Positions 25,767 to 37,131 are shown, counted from the first letter of the stretch. The stretch: DNA of 58,149 bases from an uncultured Campylobacteraceae bacterium (GCA_913057765.1 CAJXPH010000001.1:1-58149); one strand, 5' to 3'. A program made the numbers and translations. The notes: generated by a model from the sequence alone, not told the origin.

Positions 25767-28538
25767 CTAGACTATTTTTGTAAACTCTTCATAGAGTTTA
25801 TCATTTAAAACATTTTCTAACTTTAGTTCTAAATCAATTGGTTTATTGTTTTTATAATTTTGCGTATTTGCAAGACCTAAATAGATAAATCTTTGTACTT
25901 TCTTATCTACATGTGAAGACTTTCTAACAAAAATATGAAGTTTTACTCCATATTTTCTGTTCTGAATAAGTTTTTCACCATCACCCTTCTCTTGAGAATG
26001 ACCTGGCTTACTAGAATATGTAAAAAGCTCTTTAGAAAGAAAAGCATTATAATAATTCGAAGCTTTTGAAAACTTATCTTTTTCCAAAGTTATAAATAAA
26101 AAGAATTCATCTTTAAATTTTAAAAATCCACTTCCTCTAAAGGAAGAATGAATCTTATTAAAATTACAAAGTTGTGCAATATTTAACATATTGTATTTTT
26201 CATATAATTTTAAAAATGGTGATCCAAAATCTTTTATTCCAAAATCTTTTTCATAAGTTACAATTGCATAATTTATACTATCTTCAAAAACCTCTTTGTA
26301 TTCTTTTTTTTCAAGTGTTTGTTTAAACTCTTTTGTTTTTTCTAGTTTTCCATCTTTTAAATCAAGCAATTTTAAATATCTATTTATCTGTCCTGAATCA
26401 AAATAGTTTTGATTTAAATACTCAAAACTATGATAAATAGTATCTTCACAAACTTTTTCTAAATATTTATCTAATAAGCTCTTAGCCTGTGTTATATCAC
26501 AAGAGTCATTATCAAGCAAATATTTTAATATCACAAATTCATAAATTCTTTTTATAGGGAAAAGTGATTGCATAAATCTAATTGCTTTTATAAAATTCTC
26601 ATCAGTACATAAAGTTTTTAAATCTTCAGTTTTTTCTACTTTTGCCAAAAATTCTACATATGATTTTGATTCACTTATAAACACAAGAGGAGAAATCAAT
26701 TCATCATGGGATATGAAATCACAAAGACTCGGAATCTTATTGCCTATATTTGATTTAAAATCAAAGTATTGTTCTTTTAAATACTTTAAAGTATTAAAGT
26801 TTTCACTATCTATTTGTTCTAAAATTCTTTGTTTTGATATCTTATCCATTTGAATAAATGCATTGTCAATATTTGCAAAATTGTTTAAAAGAGATATTTT
26901 TATACTCTCTTTATCTATTGCTTTATTTCCAACTAAAGCTAGAGCAATCAGATAGGCTTTATTATGATTACCAATGAAATCAAGCAGTGTCAAAAACTCT
27001 TTATTTTTATACTTTCGTAATCCACGTCCTAGCTGTTGAATAAATATGATAGGAGAATTTGTAGGTCTTAAAAGAAGAACAGTATTTATAGAAGGGATAT
27101 CCACTCCCTCATTGAAAATATCAACTGTAAAAATTACTTCCAAACTATCACTTTCATCTTCTAGTTTTTCAATGGTGTTTTCTCTTTTTTGTATAGAATC
27201 ATCACTTAGTAAAGAAGCAGAAGGTATTCCTCTTTTATTAAACTCTTCACTCATAAATAAAGCATGTTCTTTGGATGCACAAAATCCTAACACTTTTCTT
27301 TTCAATCCAGAGTATCCATAAAAATTCATTTTTTCAATTATATAATCAACTCTTCTATTTACCATAAGAAGTTTTGCAAGTTCAGATATTTTTGTTAAAT
27401 CAACACCTTCATAATCTATACTAGAAATATCACTTATTCCATAGTAATGGAAAGATGAAACAAGGTTATATTCAAGGGCATCATTTAATCTTATATCACA
27501 AGCAATATTATCATCAAAGATTTCATATATTGACTCATTGTCAGTTCTATTTGGTGTTGCAGTGAGGCCTAGCAAGAACTTTGGAGTAAAGTATTCACAT
27601 ATTTTTTTGTAACTAGGACTTGTAATATGATGAGCCTCATCTATAATAATGTAATCAAATTCATTTTCTTTAAAATTCTCATAGTTTGAACTAAGTGTTT
27701 GTATAGTTGCAAAGATATAATCTTTAGACTCTTCTTTTTTATTTCCAGTATATAAACCACAAGAAAAATCATGAATAATAGATTCAAAAGTCTGTTTTGC
27801 TTTTAATAGTATATTTTCTCTATGAACTATAAAGAGCACTTTTTTAGGTCTATATTTTTTCACATCAAAAGCACAAAGAAAAGTTTTTCCTGTACCAGTT
27901 GCAGCAATAGCTAGGGCTTTTTTCTCACCTTTTTCTCGTAAGAATTCTAATCTTTCTAAAGCACTCTTTTGCATAGAATTGACACTGAACTCTTTTTTAT
28001 ATTTAAACTGTTCTATTTTTTGTGAAGCCTGAAAGTTTTTATAAGTATCTAAAAAATCGTCATCCACAAAAAAAGAATTTTGCCAAAGTGAATCAAACTC
28101 TTTTAATATCTCTTTTAAAAATATATCATCTTTTTTTGAAACATTTTTTATATTCCATTCAATATTTGTTTTAAAAGCACTTGCTGTTATATTTGAAGAA
28201 CCAAGTAATATTTTATATTCATCTTTAAATCCAAAGATGTAAGTTTTTGCATGAAAACCAATATTCTTTTCAGATGAATCAAATATTTTCAATTCAATAT
28301 TATCAAACGCTCTTAATCGTTCTAAAGCTTTTGCTTCTGTAAAATTTAAATACGTTGAAGTAAGAACTTTACCTTTGATATTCTTCTTTTGACAATAATC
28401 CAAAGAATCTAACAATAACTGAAGCCCTGAGAAATTTATAAATGCAACATTAAAAATAAAAGAGTCACATTCATGTAGAAGTTTTGTGAAATGATTATAA
28501 AAATTAGAAGTGGAATTATTAGTAATAAACTCGTTCAA
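25767..28538 (-). CDS. PLD nuclease-SF2 helicase-DUF3427-type protein (SauUSI-like type IV restriction enzyme)
   Basis: N-terminal FHAKTY..GSSN PLD motif, ATGTGKT Walker A, DEAHH, TATP, FNEGVDIP, QQLGRGLR; C-terminal F.TL.K..Y.N.F..LFVRK..F.YLG-type domain. Confidence 0.8.
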   Translation of the reverse strand: MNEFITNNSTSNFYNHFTKLLHECDSFIFNVAFINFSGLQLLLDSLDYCQKKNIKGKVLTSTYLNFTEAKALERLRAFDNIELKIFDSSEKNIGFHAKTYIFGFKDEYKILLGSSNITASAFKTNIEWNIKNVSKKDDIFLKEILKEFDSLWQNSFFVDDDFLDTYKNFQASQKIEQFKYKKEFSVNSMQKSALERLEFLREKGEKKALAIAATGTGKTFLCAFDVKKYRPKKVLFIVHRENILLKAKQTFESIIHDFSCGLYTGNKKEESKDYIFATIQTLSSNYENFKENEFDYIIIDEAHHITSPSYKKICEYFTPKFLLGLTATPNRTDNESIYEIFDDNIACDIRLNDALEYNLVSSFHYYGISDISSIDYEGVDLTKISELAKLLMVNRRVDYIIEKMNFYGYSGLKRKVLGFCASKEHALFMSEEFNKRGIPSASLLSDDSIQKRENTIEKLEDESDSLEVIFTVDIFNEGVDIPSINTVLLLRPTNSPIIFIQQLGRGLRKYKNKEFLTLLDFIGNHNKAYLIALALVGNKAIDKESIKISLLNNFANIDNAFIQMDKISKQRILEQIDSENFNTLKYLKEQYFDFKSNIGNKIPSLCDFISHDELISPLVFISESKSYVEFLAKVEKTEDLKTLCTDENFIKAIRFMQSLFPIKRIYEFVILKYLLDNDSCDITQAKSLLDKYLEKVCEDTIYHSFEYLNQNYFDSGQINRYLKLLDLKDGKLEKTKEFKQTLEKKEYKEVFEDSINYAIVTYEKDFGIKDFGSPFLKLYEKYNMLNIAQLCNFNKIHSSFRGSGFLKFKDEFFLFITLEKDKFSKASNYYNAFLSKELFTYSSKPGHSQEKGDGEKLIQNRKYGVKLHIFVRKSSHVDKKVQRFIYLGLANTQNYKNNKPIDLELKLENVLNDKLYEEFTKIV

Positions 28539-28607
28539 AAAAAGCCTTAAATTTGATAAGTGATTATAGGGGATTTATGCTAAAAAAAAGTGATTTTATT
28601 TTTCTTA

Positions 28608-28892
28608 TTAATTTAATTCTTCGTAAAAATCTATCAAATCATCAACTTTATCTTTAGGTTTTATTTCTTTATTACATATTTGAGCTTTTGATCTATTTTC
28701 AGCTATATCTAGGATAATTGCAATTACTATTAAAGTTAAACCAAAATAAATACCGTCGATATTATCCTCATAAGTAAATTTAGAAGATGAAAATCTAAAT
28801 GTAAAATGTTTAATTCCAGAAAAAAGTGAAAAAGTATGTAAAGCTAAAAAAAACAATCCAGGATACATAAATATATTCCTAAGAACTTTCAT
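28608..28892 (-). CDS. Hypothetical two-TM membrane protein
   Basis: ORF with GAGG RBS and two hydrophobic segments. Confidence 0.7.
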   Translation of the reverse strand: MKVLRNIFMYPGLFFLALHTFSLFSGIKHFTFRFSSSKFTYEDNIDGIYFGLTLIVIAIILDIAENRSKAQICNKEIKPKDKVDDLIDFYEELN

Positions 28893-28944
28893 TACTATTC
28901 ATCCTCATATTTTTTTAATTTTTAAAAAACTAAACAGTATGTAA

Positions 28945-29493
28945 CTATTTATTAACATCCGTTATAGCCATAAAATAGAAATAATACATATTTCCTTCAG
29001 TTTCAACAAATTGATATTTTATTTCATTGCACCTCTTTGCAATTTCATAAAATCCAATTCCCCCACCTTTTTTATGCATATTTTTACCACTTCGTCTTAA
29101 TTCTTTATATCTTTTCTTAATTTTAATTCTATCAAGACTAATTATTTCTAGAAGTTTTAGTTCTATTTTTTCTTTATCTTCTTTTGTGATTATATTTTGA
29201 CTAAAGGTATAATAGTGTTCAGATGAATCTTTTCCAACAACTATTAAATCATCAGGGTCAACTTCATTATGTTTTTTAGAATAATTCAAAATATTTTGTG
29301 ATAGTTCAATAAAAATTGTATAAATATTACTTGATATCCCCATATTTAAATTATTAAATTCTGTTTCTTTTTCTAAAGATTCAGTCATATCGGCAATAAG
29401 AGATTGAGTAAGTAGTCCACCATGAGACAAAAAAATTATTTTACTATTATTGAGAAGATTCTTTATATCCATTATATTATACTCACAATACAA
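28945..29493 (-). CDS. SiaB-family (GHKL-like) protein kinase
   Basis: IFIELSQNI, Y..L, GGGIGFYEIAKR motifs; start may be 29472. Confidence 0.75.
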   Translation of the reverse strand: MYCEYNIMDIKNLLNNSKIIFLSHGGLLTQSLIADMTESLEKETEFNNLNMGISSNIYTIFIELSQNILNYSKKHNEVDPDDLIVVGKDSSEHYYTFSQNIITKEDKEKIELKLLEIISLDRIKIKKRYKELRRSGKNMHKKGGGIGFYEIAKRCNEIKYQFVETEGNMYYFYFMAITDVNK

Positions 29494-29598
29494 AATATTA
29501 TCTATAGATTATACATAAATATTATTAATATCTTCAAGAATATAATTAATCGGTAAGAAGGTTTAAAAGAAGGATTTATTTAACTATTTTATCCTTAT

Positions 29599-30186
29599 CT
29601 ATAATAGTGCAAGAATCCACTCTTTTAATTTTTCGAAACTCTCTTCATTTTTATTAGTTAAAAAAAGACTTGGTTTATTTTTTCTATTATTTTTAACATC
29701 TTCTTTCATTTGTTCTAAATCAACATTTACATAAGGAGACAAATCTGTTTTATTTATAACTAATAAATCAGAAAAAAGTAATCCAGCACCTTTTTTTCGC
29801 GGGATATCTCCTCCTTGTGCTACATCAATAACATATAAATAATAATCAACTAACTCATATGAAAATGTTGCAGAGAGATTATCTCCACCACTTTCTACAA
29901 AGATGATATCAGGATTAAATTTTTCTTCTAATTCTTCAACTGCTTTTTGATTCATAGAGATATCATCTCTTATTGCAGTGTGCGGACAACCACCAGTTTC
30001 AACACCTATTATCTGTTCACTATTTAAATCTAGTTTATTTTTTAAATAGTTTGCATCTTCCGTAGTATAGATATCATTAGTAACAATACCTAAGGTATAT
30101 TCATCCTTTAACATATTTGTTAACTTTTCTATTATTGAAGTTTTTCCACTTCCTACAGGTCCTGCAATTCCTACTTTAATACTCAT
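29599..30186 (-). CDS. ureG: Urease accessory GTPase
   Basis: GPVGSGKT, ETGGCPH, ESGGDNL, NKTD. Confidence 0.97.
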   Translation of the reverse strand: MSIKVGIAGPVGSGKTSIIEKLTNMLKDEYTLGIVTNDIYTTEDANYLKNKLDLNSEQIIGVETGGCPHTAIRDDISMNQKAVEELEEKFNPDIIFVESGGDNLSATFSYELVDYYLYVIDVAQGGDIPRKKGAGLLFSDLLVINKTDLSPYVNVDLEQMKEDVKNNRKNKPSLFLTNKNEESFEKLKEWILALL

Positions 30187-30205
30187 TTTAAATTCCTAAT
30201 TTCTT

Positions 30206-30883
30206 TTATGTTACAAACATTTTTGGTTCTAAATTTAAGTGGCTAAAAATTACCTCTTCAAAGAGAGGGTTAAAGTTACTAATATTTTTAGAACTATTTT
30301 TAATTGATTTTTCTAATACCTCATCGAATTCAAACAAGATCTGTTGTATTTCTGAGGGTCTTATTCTTGATATTTTAAGACTTGCACTTGCAATATTTAT
30401 TAAATTTTTTTTACACCAAAGCAATAAGAAGGTATCAATATCCAAATCAAGTTCAAAGGCATAGGCACTTAAAATAAAAAGTTCATTTCCTACACTTTTT
30501 CTATCTTTTACTTTCTGGAAATATTTTTTTATAATGTCTTTTTTAATATCAAAATTTATATGCTTTAAATAGTTTTCACCCAAATCTTTTGATGCTTTTG
30601 CATATTCATAATTTACCATTGAAGCATATTTAATATCTTCTTTTACAATAAATTTTAATTTATCTTCTTCTAAAAGTTTAAATACTTTTTTAACTACTAC
30701 AAATTCTAATTTTTGGTATTGGTCTACTATTATATTCTCGAGAAATTCTTTTAAACTCTTTTTATCATTTACAATATCTAAAACAATATGGGGTTCTAAA
30801 CCAAATGAATGTACAAACGCACCTGAAGGAAAAACTCCATCAAGTATCTGTATAAACCTACTGAGTGCTTTTGCATTATTCAT
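30206..30883 (-). CDS. ureF: Urease accessory protein UreF
   Basis: D..FP.GAF.HSFGLE N-terminus, H....KMF C-terminus. Confidence 0.92.
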   Translation of the reverse strand: MNNAKALSRFIQILDGVFPSGAFVHSFGLEPHIVLDIVNDKKSLKEFLENIIVDQYQKLEFVVVKKVFKLLEEDKLKFIVKEDIKYASMVNYEYAKASKDLGENYLKHINFDIKKDIIKKYFQKVKDRKSVGNELFILSAYAFELDLDIDTFLLLWCKKNLINIASASLKISRIRPSEIQQILFEFDEVLEKSIKNSSKNISNFNPLFEEVIFSHLNLEPKMFVT

Positions 30884-30892
30884 TGTTGATTC

Positions 30893-31327
30893 TTAGTGCG
30901 AGTGATGAGCATTTCCATTCGGTTTGAAAATACCTCTACTTTTTTTTACTTCTACTTTATCAATTAACTCGCAACTTTTTATAATATCAAATGTTGAAAT
31001 ATCATCTAAAATAGTGATTTTATAATCTTCAATACAAACAGGTTGATGACGATTTCCTATTTCATATGCAATTCTTGCAAAAGTCATATGATCATTAAAT
31101 TTTAAAGTGAAAAGAGTATCTTCTGATTTTAAAATCTTAATCTTATAACCATCTTCACATTCTAAAATATCATCTTCATGAAGATGAGTATATTTAGCTT
31201 TTATAATAAACTCTATACCTTCATTTGATATTGCACTTAGATTTGGTTTTTGCATATCAAACCAGTCAAGTTCAACACTATCACTATACTCGATATCTCT
31301 TTTAATACTAGTAATTTTTTTTATCAT
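30893..31327 (-). CDS. ureE: Urease nickel chaperone UreE
   Basis: AYEIGNRH motif, C-terminal HHSH. Confidence 0.92.
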   Translation of the reverse strand: MIKKITSIKRDIEYSDSVELDWFDMQKPNLSAISNEGIEFIIKAKYTHLHEDDILECEDGYKIKILKSEDTLFTLKFNDHMTFARIAYEIGNRHQPVCIEDYKITILDDISTFDIIKSCELIDKVEVKKSRGIFKPNGNAHHSH

Positions 31328-31335
31328 TATAAATC

Positions 31336-33039
31336 CTAAAATAAGAAGTATTTTTTTGCCATAGGAAGCTCAGTCATATAGTTTGATTCTATAGTCTCAC
31401 CATTTACTTTTACATCATATGTTTCAGGGTCAACTTCAATATCCCCAATAAAATCATTTAACTTCATATCTTTTTTTGAAATATCTCTTGTATTTTTAAC
31501 AGCTATTATTTCTTTATTTATATCAAGTTTATTTTCAACTCCACAATCTAGGGAAGCTTGTGATACAAAAATGGCACTAGTTTTTGCAGCTGCTTTTCCT
31601 AAACTCCCAAACATTGGTCTATACATATTTGGTTCAGGAGTTGGGATAGAGGCATTTGAATCACCCATCATACTAAGTGCAATAAAACCACCTTTTATAA
31701 TAATTTCTGGTTTCACTCCAAAAAATGCAGGAGTCCATAAAATCAAGTCTGCCATTTTTCCAACTTCTACACTTCCTACATGCTCATTTATTCCACAAGC
31801 TATTGCAGGATTAATAGTATATTTAGCGATATATCTTTTTATTCTTTCATTATCACAAAGTTCATCATCTAAATCTAAAGCCCCTCTTTGTTTCTTCATA
31901 GAATCTGCAACTTGCCATGTTCTAATAACAACTTCTCCAACTCTTCCCATAGCTTGAGAATCAGAACTTGTCATAGATATTGCACCAATATCATGTAAGA
32001 CATCTTCTGCTGCAATAGTTTTACCTCTAATTCTAGATTCTGCAAAACTCACATCTTCAGGAATTTTTGGACTTAGATGATGACAAACCATAAGCATATC
32101 AAGATGCTCTTCTATTGTATTTTTTGTATATGGTAATGTTGGATTTGTTGAAGAAGGTAATATATTCTCTAATCCAGCAACTTTCATAATATCTGGAGCA
32201 TGTCCTCCTCCAGCTCCTTCACTATGGAAAGTATGAATAGTTCTACCTGCAAATGCATTTACTGTATTATCTACAAATCCTGATTCATTTAAAGTATCAG
32301 TATGAATAGCAACTTGAACATCTAAGTCATCCGCAACTTTTAGACAAGTATCAACAGCATTTGGTGTAGTTCCCCAATCTTCATGAAGTTTAAGTCCCAT
32401 GGCTCCTGCTTCAACTTGAACTTTTAATGCCTCATAACTTGAACTATTTCCTTTTCCCATGAATCCAAAGTTTAAAGGTAAATCATCAACAGCTTCAATC
32501 ATTTTATGTATATGAAATTCACCTGGAGTGCAAGTTGTAGCATTTGTACCAGTATTTGGTCCCGTTCCTCCACCAATCATAGTTGTAATACCACTGGCTA
32601 ATGCTTCATCAATTTGTCCGGGGGAAATAAAATGAATGTGTGCATCAATTCCACCAGCAGTTATAATTTTACCTTCTGCTGATAATATTTCAGTGTTAGC
32701 TCCAATTTCTAAACCCTCAGTTATTCCATCACAATTGTATGGATTCCCACTTTTACCAATAGCAGATATTTTTCCATTCTTTATTCCAATATCAGCTTTG
32801 TAAATGCCTGTGTAGTCAATGATTGTTGCATTCGTAATTATTAAATCTGCAACATCTACTGCAAGTGGAGATTGGCTCATTCCATCTCTAATAGTTTTGC
32901 CACCACCAAATTTACTCTCTTCACCATAAAGTGTATAATCTTTTTCAACTTTTGCAATAAGCTCTGTATCCGCTAATCTAAATCTATCTCCTGTAGTTGG
33001 TCCATACATTGAAGCATATTTTTCTTTTGAAATTTTCAT
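31336..33039 (-). CDS. ureC: Urease large (alpha) subunit
   Basis: [44 protein letters not shown]. Confidence 0.98.
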   Translation of the reverse strand: MKISKEKYASMYGPTTGDRFRLADTELIAKVEKDYTLYGEESKFGGGKTIRDGMSQSPLAVDVADLIITNATIIDYTGIYKADIGIKNGKISAIGKSGNPYNCDGITEGLEIGANTEILSAEGKIITAGGIDAHIHFISPGQIDEALASGITTMIGGGTGPNTGTNATTCTPGEFHIHKMIEAVDDLPLNFGFMGKGNSSSYEALKVQVEAGAMGLKLHEDWGTTPNAVDTCLKVADDLDVQVAIHTDTLNESGFVDNTVNAFAGRTIHTFHSEGAGGGHAPDIMKVAGLENILPSSTNPTLPYTKNTIEEHLDMLMVCHHLSPKIPEDVSFAESRIRGKTIAAEDVLHDIGAISMTSSDSQAMGRVGEVVIRTWQVADSMKKQRGALDLDDELCDNERIKRYIAKYTINPAIACGINEHVGSVEVGKMADLILWTPAFFGVKPEIIIKGGFIALSMMGDSNASIPTPEPNMYRPMFGSLGKAAAKTSAIFVSQASLDCGVENKLDINKEIIAVKNTRDISKKDMKLNDFIGDIEVDPETYDVKVNGETIESNYMTELPMAKKYFLF

Positions 33040-33725
33040 TATCTGCTCCCTAAAAAAGTTTCTAAATTCTGCATAGCTTTTTCTTTTGTTTCTTCTTCAT
33101 CTAAATAACCATTTACTAATCCATTAAATCCAGCAATATATCTCTTACCTTTAAAGTCAACAAGTGAGATTTCTTTTTTTGAACCTGGCTCAAATCTAAC
33201 AGATGTTCCAGAAGATATATTCAATCTTTTTCCGTATGCTTTTTTTCTATCAAAATCTAAAAATGCATTGGTTTCAAAAAAGTGATAATGTGAACCAACT
33301 TGAATTGGTCTATCTCCTATATTTTCTATTTCAATAGTAATACTTTCATTATCTATATTTAATTCTATTTCACCTTCATCAATAAAATACTCACCAGGTG
33401 TAATATCACTTGGCTTAAAAGGTATTGGGTTATGTACCGTTACTAGTTTTGTTCCATCATCAAAGGTAGCTTCAGTTTGTACCATATGCATCATAGAAGC
33501 AACACCATCCATTACATCTTCAGATTTTAAGACTTTTGTAGCACTTACCATTAATTCACTAACACTTCTACCATCTCTAGCACCTTCAAGTATAAATGAG
33601 CTAATAATTGCAACTGATTCCGGGAAATTTAGTTTTAAACCTCTCTCTTTTCTTTCATATGCTAATTTTGAAGCTGTATAAATCATCAATTTTTCTTGTT
33701 CACGATTTGTTAATAACATTGACAT
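33039..33725 (-). CDS. ureA: Fused urease gamma/beta subunit
   Basis: [21 protein letters not shown], then [22 protein letters not shown]. Confidence 0.95.
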   Translation of the reverse strand: MSMLLTNREQEKLMIYTASKLAYERKERGLKLNFPESVAIISSFILEGARDGRSVSELMVSATKVLKSEDVMDGVASMMHMVQTEATFDDGTKLVTVHNPIPFKPSDITPGEYFIDEGEIELNIDNESITIEIENIGDRPIQVGSHYHFFETNAFLDFDRKKAYGKRLNISSGTSVRFEPGSKKEISLVDFKGKRYIAGFNGLVNGYLDEEETKEKAMQNLETFLGSR

Positions 33726-33741
33726 TAACCTCTCTTATAAA

Positions 33742-34491
33742 TTATTGTTTTCCTAGATTAAATTCTTTTTTTTCTAATTCTTTTCTATAAAGATTCCATA
33801 GTTCTTTCTGTTTCTTTTTTACTGTTATCATATTAGAAGAACTAACAGAACCTATTATCATTTCTTTATTTTTAGTATAACAAAAGGAGTCAAATCCAGC
33901 TTTGTGCAAGGTGTTTAAAAAATGACCATTTTGTTTAGTTTTTATATAGACTTTTAAATATATATAGTTCTTATTTTTGTGTCTTTTTATATAATCTTTA
34001 AGATCTAAACCTTTAACTTCAAAGTTTTCCAAATATTCTAAACTTTCATCAATAAAAAACTTATTTCGTAAAAGCATCGTATCAAAGTCAAAGTGTTCGT
34101 AACTTCTACCTTGTGTTAAAATATCACTGTAAAAAAAAGTTGAACTCTCATCTGCTTTAAACCTAAGTATTTGTAGTAATTTAGAATCTTTATACAAAAT
34201 AAGTTCATCATTTAAAAACTCAAAGTTCGAATTTTTCAAATTTACATTTATATAGTTTATTCCAAACTCTTTTTTTGAAGGGTAAACCTTAGTTGCGGAC
34301 TCTGTTGTGACGATACAGCTTGAATTTATTAACTCCATATTTGTTTTTAATCTATCTTTAGGGAAAATCCCCTCACCAATACTTAACAGTTTTATATAGT
34401 TCTCACTATCATAAAAATAAAAATAACGACTAGGAAGATTTAATCTATTTAGCGAAAAAGTATTGTTTTTAAAACCAAAAGATATACTCAT
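33742..34491 (-). CDS. ureD: Urease accessory protein UreD/UreH
   Basis: G.F..D, TTESATKVY, GR..E.F; position before the urease subunit genes. Confidence 0.85.
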   Translation of the reverse strand: MSISFGFKNNTFSLNRLNLPSRYFYFYDSENYIKLLSIGEGIFPKDRLKTNMELINSSCIVTTESATKVYPSKKEFGINYINVNLKNSNFEFLNDELILYKDSKLLQILRFKADESSTFFYSDILTQGRSYEHFDFDTMLLRNKFFIDESLEYLENFEVKGLDLKDYIKRHKNKNYIYLKVYIKTKQNGHFLNTLHKAGFDSFCYTKNKEMIIGSVSSSNMITVKKKQKELWNLYRKELEKKEFNLGKQ

Positions 34492-35187
34492 TTATACTGA
34501 TAAATACTGTTCTACTATTTCATCATTTAAGTTTTCAATTTCTCCATTTGCTACAACTCGTCCTCTTTCAATTAAGAAAAAGTCATCTCCATGTTTTCTT
34601 GCAAATGGCAACTTCTGTTCAACTAGGATTACAGTAATTTTCTCTTCTTTAGTAAGATAATCAATTACTCTTCCAATTTGTTGTACGATATTTGGTTGTA
34701 TCCCTTCTGATGGCTCATCAAGTATTAATAACTTCGGTTCTAAACATAAAGCTCTTGCAATTGCTAATTGCTGTTGTTGTCCACCGGAAAGGTCACCACC
34801 TTTTCTTTTTAACATCTCTTTTAAAACTGGGAATAATTCATATATTTTATCAGGGACACTCTTTAATCCATTCCTATTACCAAGTAAACCAATCTCTAGA
34901 TTTTCTTTTACAGTTAGCTGTGAAAATATTTCCCTTCCTTGAGGAACATAACCAATTCCAAGGGCAGCTCTTTTTTCGCTCCCAAGTCTTGAGATATCTT
35001 TTCCATCATAAATAATCTGTCCATCTTTTATAGGAACTAATCCCATAATAGCCTTTGTCAATGTTGTTTTACCAACTCCATTTCTTCCCATAAGACAAGT
35101 ACATCTGGCAGTTTTTATCTCTAGACTCAAATCCCAAAGAGTATGACTTTGACCATAATACTGATTTAAATTTTCTACTTTAATCAT
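34492..35187 (-). CDS. urtE: Urea ABC transporter ATPase
   Basis: YYGQSH, GRNGVGKT, LSGGQQQQLAIARAL, DEPSEGIQP. Confidence 0.93.
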   Translation of the reverse strand: MIKVENLNQYYGQSHTLWDLSLEIKTARCTCLMGRNGVGKTTLTKAIMGLVPIKDGQIIYDGKDISRLGSEKRAALGIGYVPQGREIFSQLTVKENLEIGLLGNRNGLKSVPDKIYELFPVLKEMLKRKGGDLSGGQQQQLAIARALCLEPKLLILDEPSEGIQPNIVQQIGRVIDYLTKEEKITVILVEQKLPFARKHGDDFFLIERGRVVANGEIENLNDEIVEQYLSV

Positions 35188-35192
35188 AATCC

Positions 35193-35981
35193 CTACTCTC
35201 CTAAATATACTTTTCTTACTTTTTCATTCTCTTGAACATCTTTCATAGAACCTTCTGCTAAAACAGAACCTTCATGTAAAACGGTTACCTTTTTTGCAAT
35301 ACTTCGAATAAATTCCATATCATGTTCAACCACGACTACAGAATGATTTTTTGAAAGGTCAGTTAAAATCTGTCCTGTTTTTTCAACTTCTCCCGGAGTC
35401 ATACCCGCAACTGGCTCATCTACAAGTAATAGTTTGGGATCTTGCATTAAAAGCATTCCAATTTCTAGCCATTGTTTTTGACCATGTGATAAAATTCCAG
35501 CTTCCGTTTTATAAAAATCTTTTAGTCCAATTAAATTCATAGTTTTTTCGATTTTATCTTTTTGTTCTCCACTCATTTTTGCAAACAGAGTTTTAAAAAA
35601 TCTCTTATCATCTTTCATTGCAAGTTCAAGATTTTCAAATACACTATGTCCTTCAAATACTGTTGGTTTTTGAAATTTTCTACCAATACCAATCTCGGCA
35701 ATAGTTGGTTCATCCATTTGAAGTAAATCAACTGCTTGTCCAAATACTACATGACCATGGTCTGGTCTAGTTTTACCAGTAATTACATCCATCATAGTTG
35801 ATTTTCCTGCACCATTTGCACCAATAATACATCTAAGTTCTTCATATTCAATATGTAAAGACAAAGAGTTTAGAGCCTTAAATCCATCAAAACTTACAGT
35901 AACATCATCTAAATAGAGAATTCTATCTCCTCTTTTTAAGTCACCTATATTTTCTTCATTTTCATGTTTAAGCAGTAACAT
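35193..35981 (-). CDS. urtD: Urea ABC transporter ATPase
   Basis: VSFDGFKAL, GANGAGKS, GRKFQKP, LSHGQKQWLEIGM; start set at ATG 35981. Confidence 0.93.
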   Translation of the reverse strand: MLLLKHENEENIGDLKRGDRILYLDDVTVSFDGFKALNSLSLHIEYEELRCIIGANGAGKSTMMDVITGKTRPDHGHVVFGQAVDLLQMDEPTIAEIGIGRKFQKPTVFEGHSVFENLELAMKDDKRFFKTLFAKMSGEQKDKIEKTMNLIGLKDFYKTEAGILSHGQKQWLEIGMLLMQDPKLLLVDEPVAGMTPGEVEKTGQILTDLSKNHSVVVVEHDMEFIRSIAKKVTVLHEGSVLAEGSMKDVQENEKVRKVYLGE

Positions 35982-37128
35982 TTGCACCCTCACCTTCAAC
36001 TTTTTTATTTAATTTTATTGAAGAAATTAATCCAACTACACCTTTTGGTAAAAATAGTGTTACAACAACAAAAAGTCCACCAAGTGCGTATAACCATACT
36101 TCTGGTAAAGCAGATGTAAAATAAGTACTTGCATAATTTACAATAAAGGCTCCAACAATAGCCCCATATAAAGTCCCTCTTCCTCCAATTGCAACCCAAA
36201 TTACAAGTTCAATTGAAAATAATGGAGAAAATACTCCAGGGTTAATAATCCCAACCTGAGGTACATATAAAGCTCCTGCAACTCCAGCCATAGCAGCACT
36301 AACTATAAAAATAAATAACTTGTATTGTTCAACTCTGTATCCAATAAATCTTGTTCTACTCTCTCCATCACGAATAGCAATACATACACGACCAAGTCTA
36401 GAATTCATTATAAATCTGGCAACTAAATACCCAATAAACAATGCTAGAAATGAAATTATAAGTAATCCTATTCTTGTACTATCTTCTGATAAATTAAAAC
36501 CAAGAAGGTCTTTAAAATCTGTAAGCCCATTATTTCCACCAAATCCCATATCATTTCTAAAAAAAGCCAACATAAGTGCATACGTCATAGCTTGAGTAAT
36601 AATAGAAAGGTAAACACCTGTTACTCTTGATCTAAATGCTAGATATCCAAATACAAATGCTAATAAAGCAGGTACAAACATAATCATTATAAGTGTGAAA
36701 ATAGGATTATCAAATCCATACCAAAACCATGGTAGCTCTTTAAGATTCATAAAAACCATAAAGTCTGGTAGATCTGCATTTCCATAAACACCTCTATCCC
36801 CAATTTGACGCATTAAGTACATACCCATAGCATAACCACCAAGTGCAAAAAATGCTCCATGTCCAAGACTAAGAATTCCAATATATCCCCAAACTAAATC
36901 AAGTGCAAGTGCAAGTAAGGCAAAAGCTAAATATTTTCCTAAAAGAGTCACTGTATATGTCGAAATATAAAATGCAGAGTCAGGACTTATAAAAAGATTT
37001 GCAAATGAAACATAAGCAACGACAAGAGCTAAAATAGATAAAACTATTTTACCTCCTCTATCTTTTTCTAATATTTGTAATATTATTGGTTTTCTTTTTT
37101 GTTTTGTTTTTTTCATTGTAGTTTCCAT
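35968..37128 (-). CDS. urtC: Urea ABC transporter permease
   Basis: LVWGY.G.LSLGHG, LPDFM, GVY.SIITQA, GGNNG. Confidence 0.93.
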   Translation of the reverse strand: METTMKKTKQKRKPIILQILEKDRGGKIVLSILALVVAYVSFANLFISPDSAFYISTYTVTLLGKYLAFALLALALDLVWGYIGILSLGHGAFFALGGYAMGMYLMRQIGDRGVYGNADLPDFMVFMNLKELPWFWYGFDNPIFTLIMIMFVPALLAFVFGYLAFRSRVTGVYLSIITQAMTYALMLAFFRNDMGFGGNNGLTDFKDLLGFNLSEDSTRIGLLIISFLALFIGYLVARFIMNSRLGRVCIAIRDGESRTRFIGYRVEQYKLFIFIVSAAMAGVAGALYVPQVGIINPGVFSPLFSIELVIWVAIGGRGTLYGAIVGAFIVNYASTYFTSALPEVWLYALGGLFVVVTLFLPKGVVGLISSIKLNKKVEGEGANVTA

Positions 37129-37131
37129 TAT

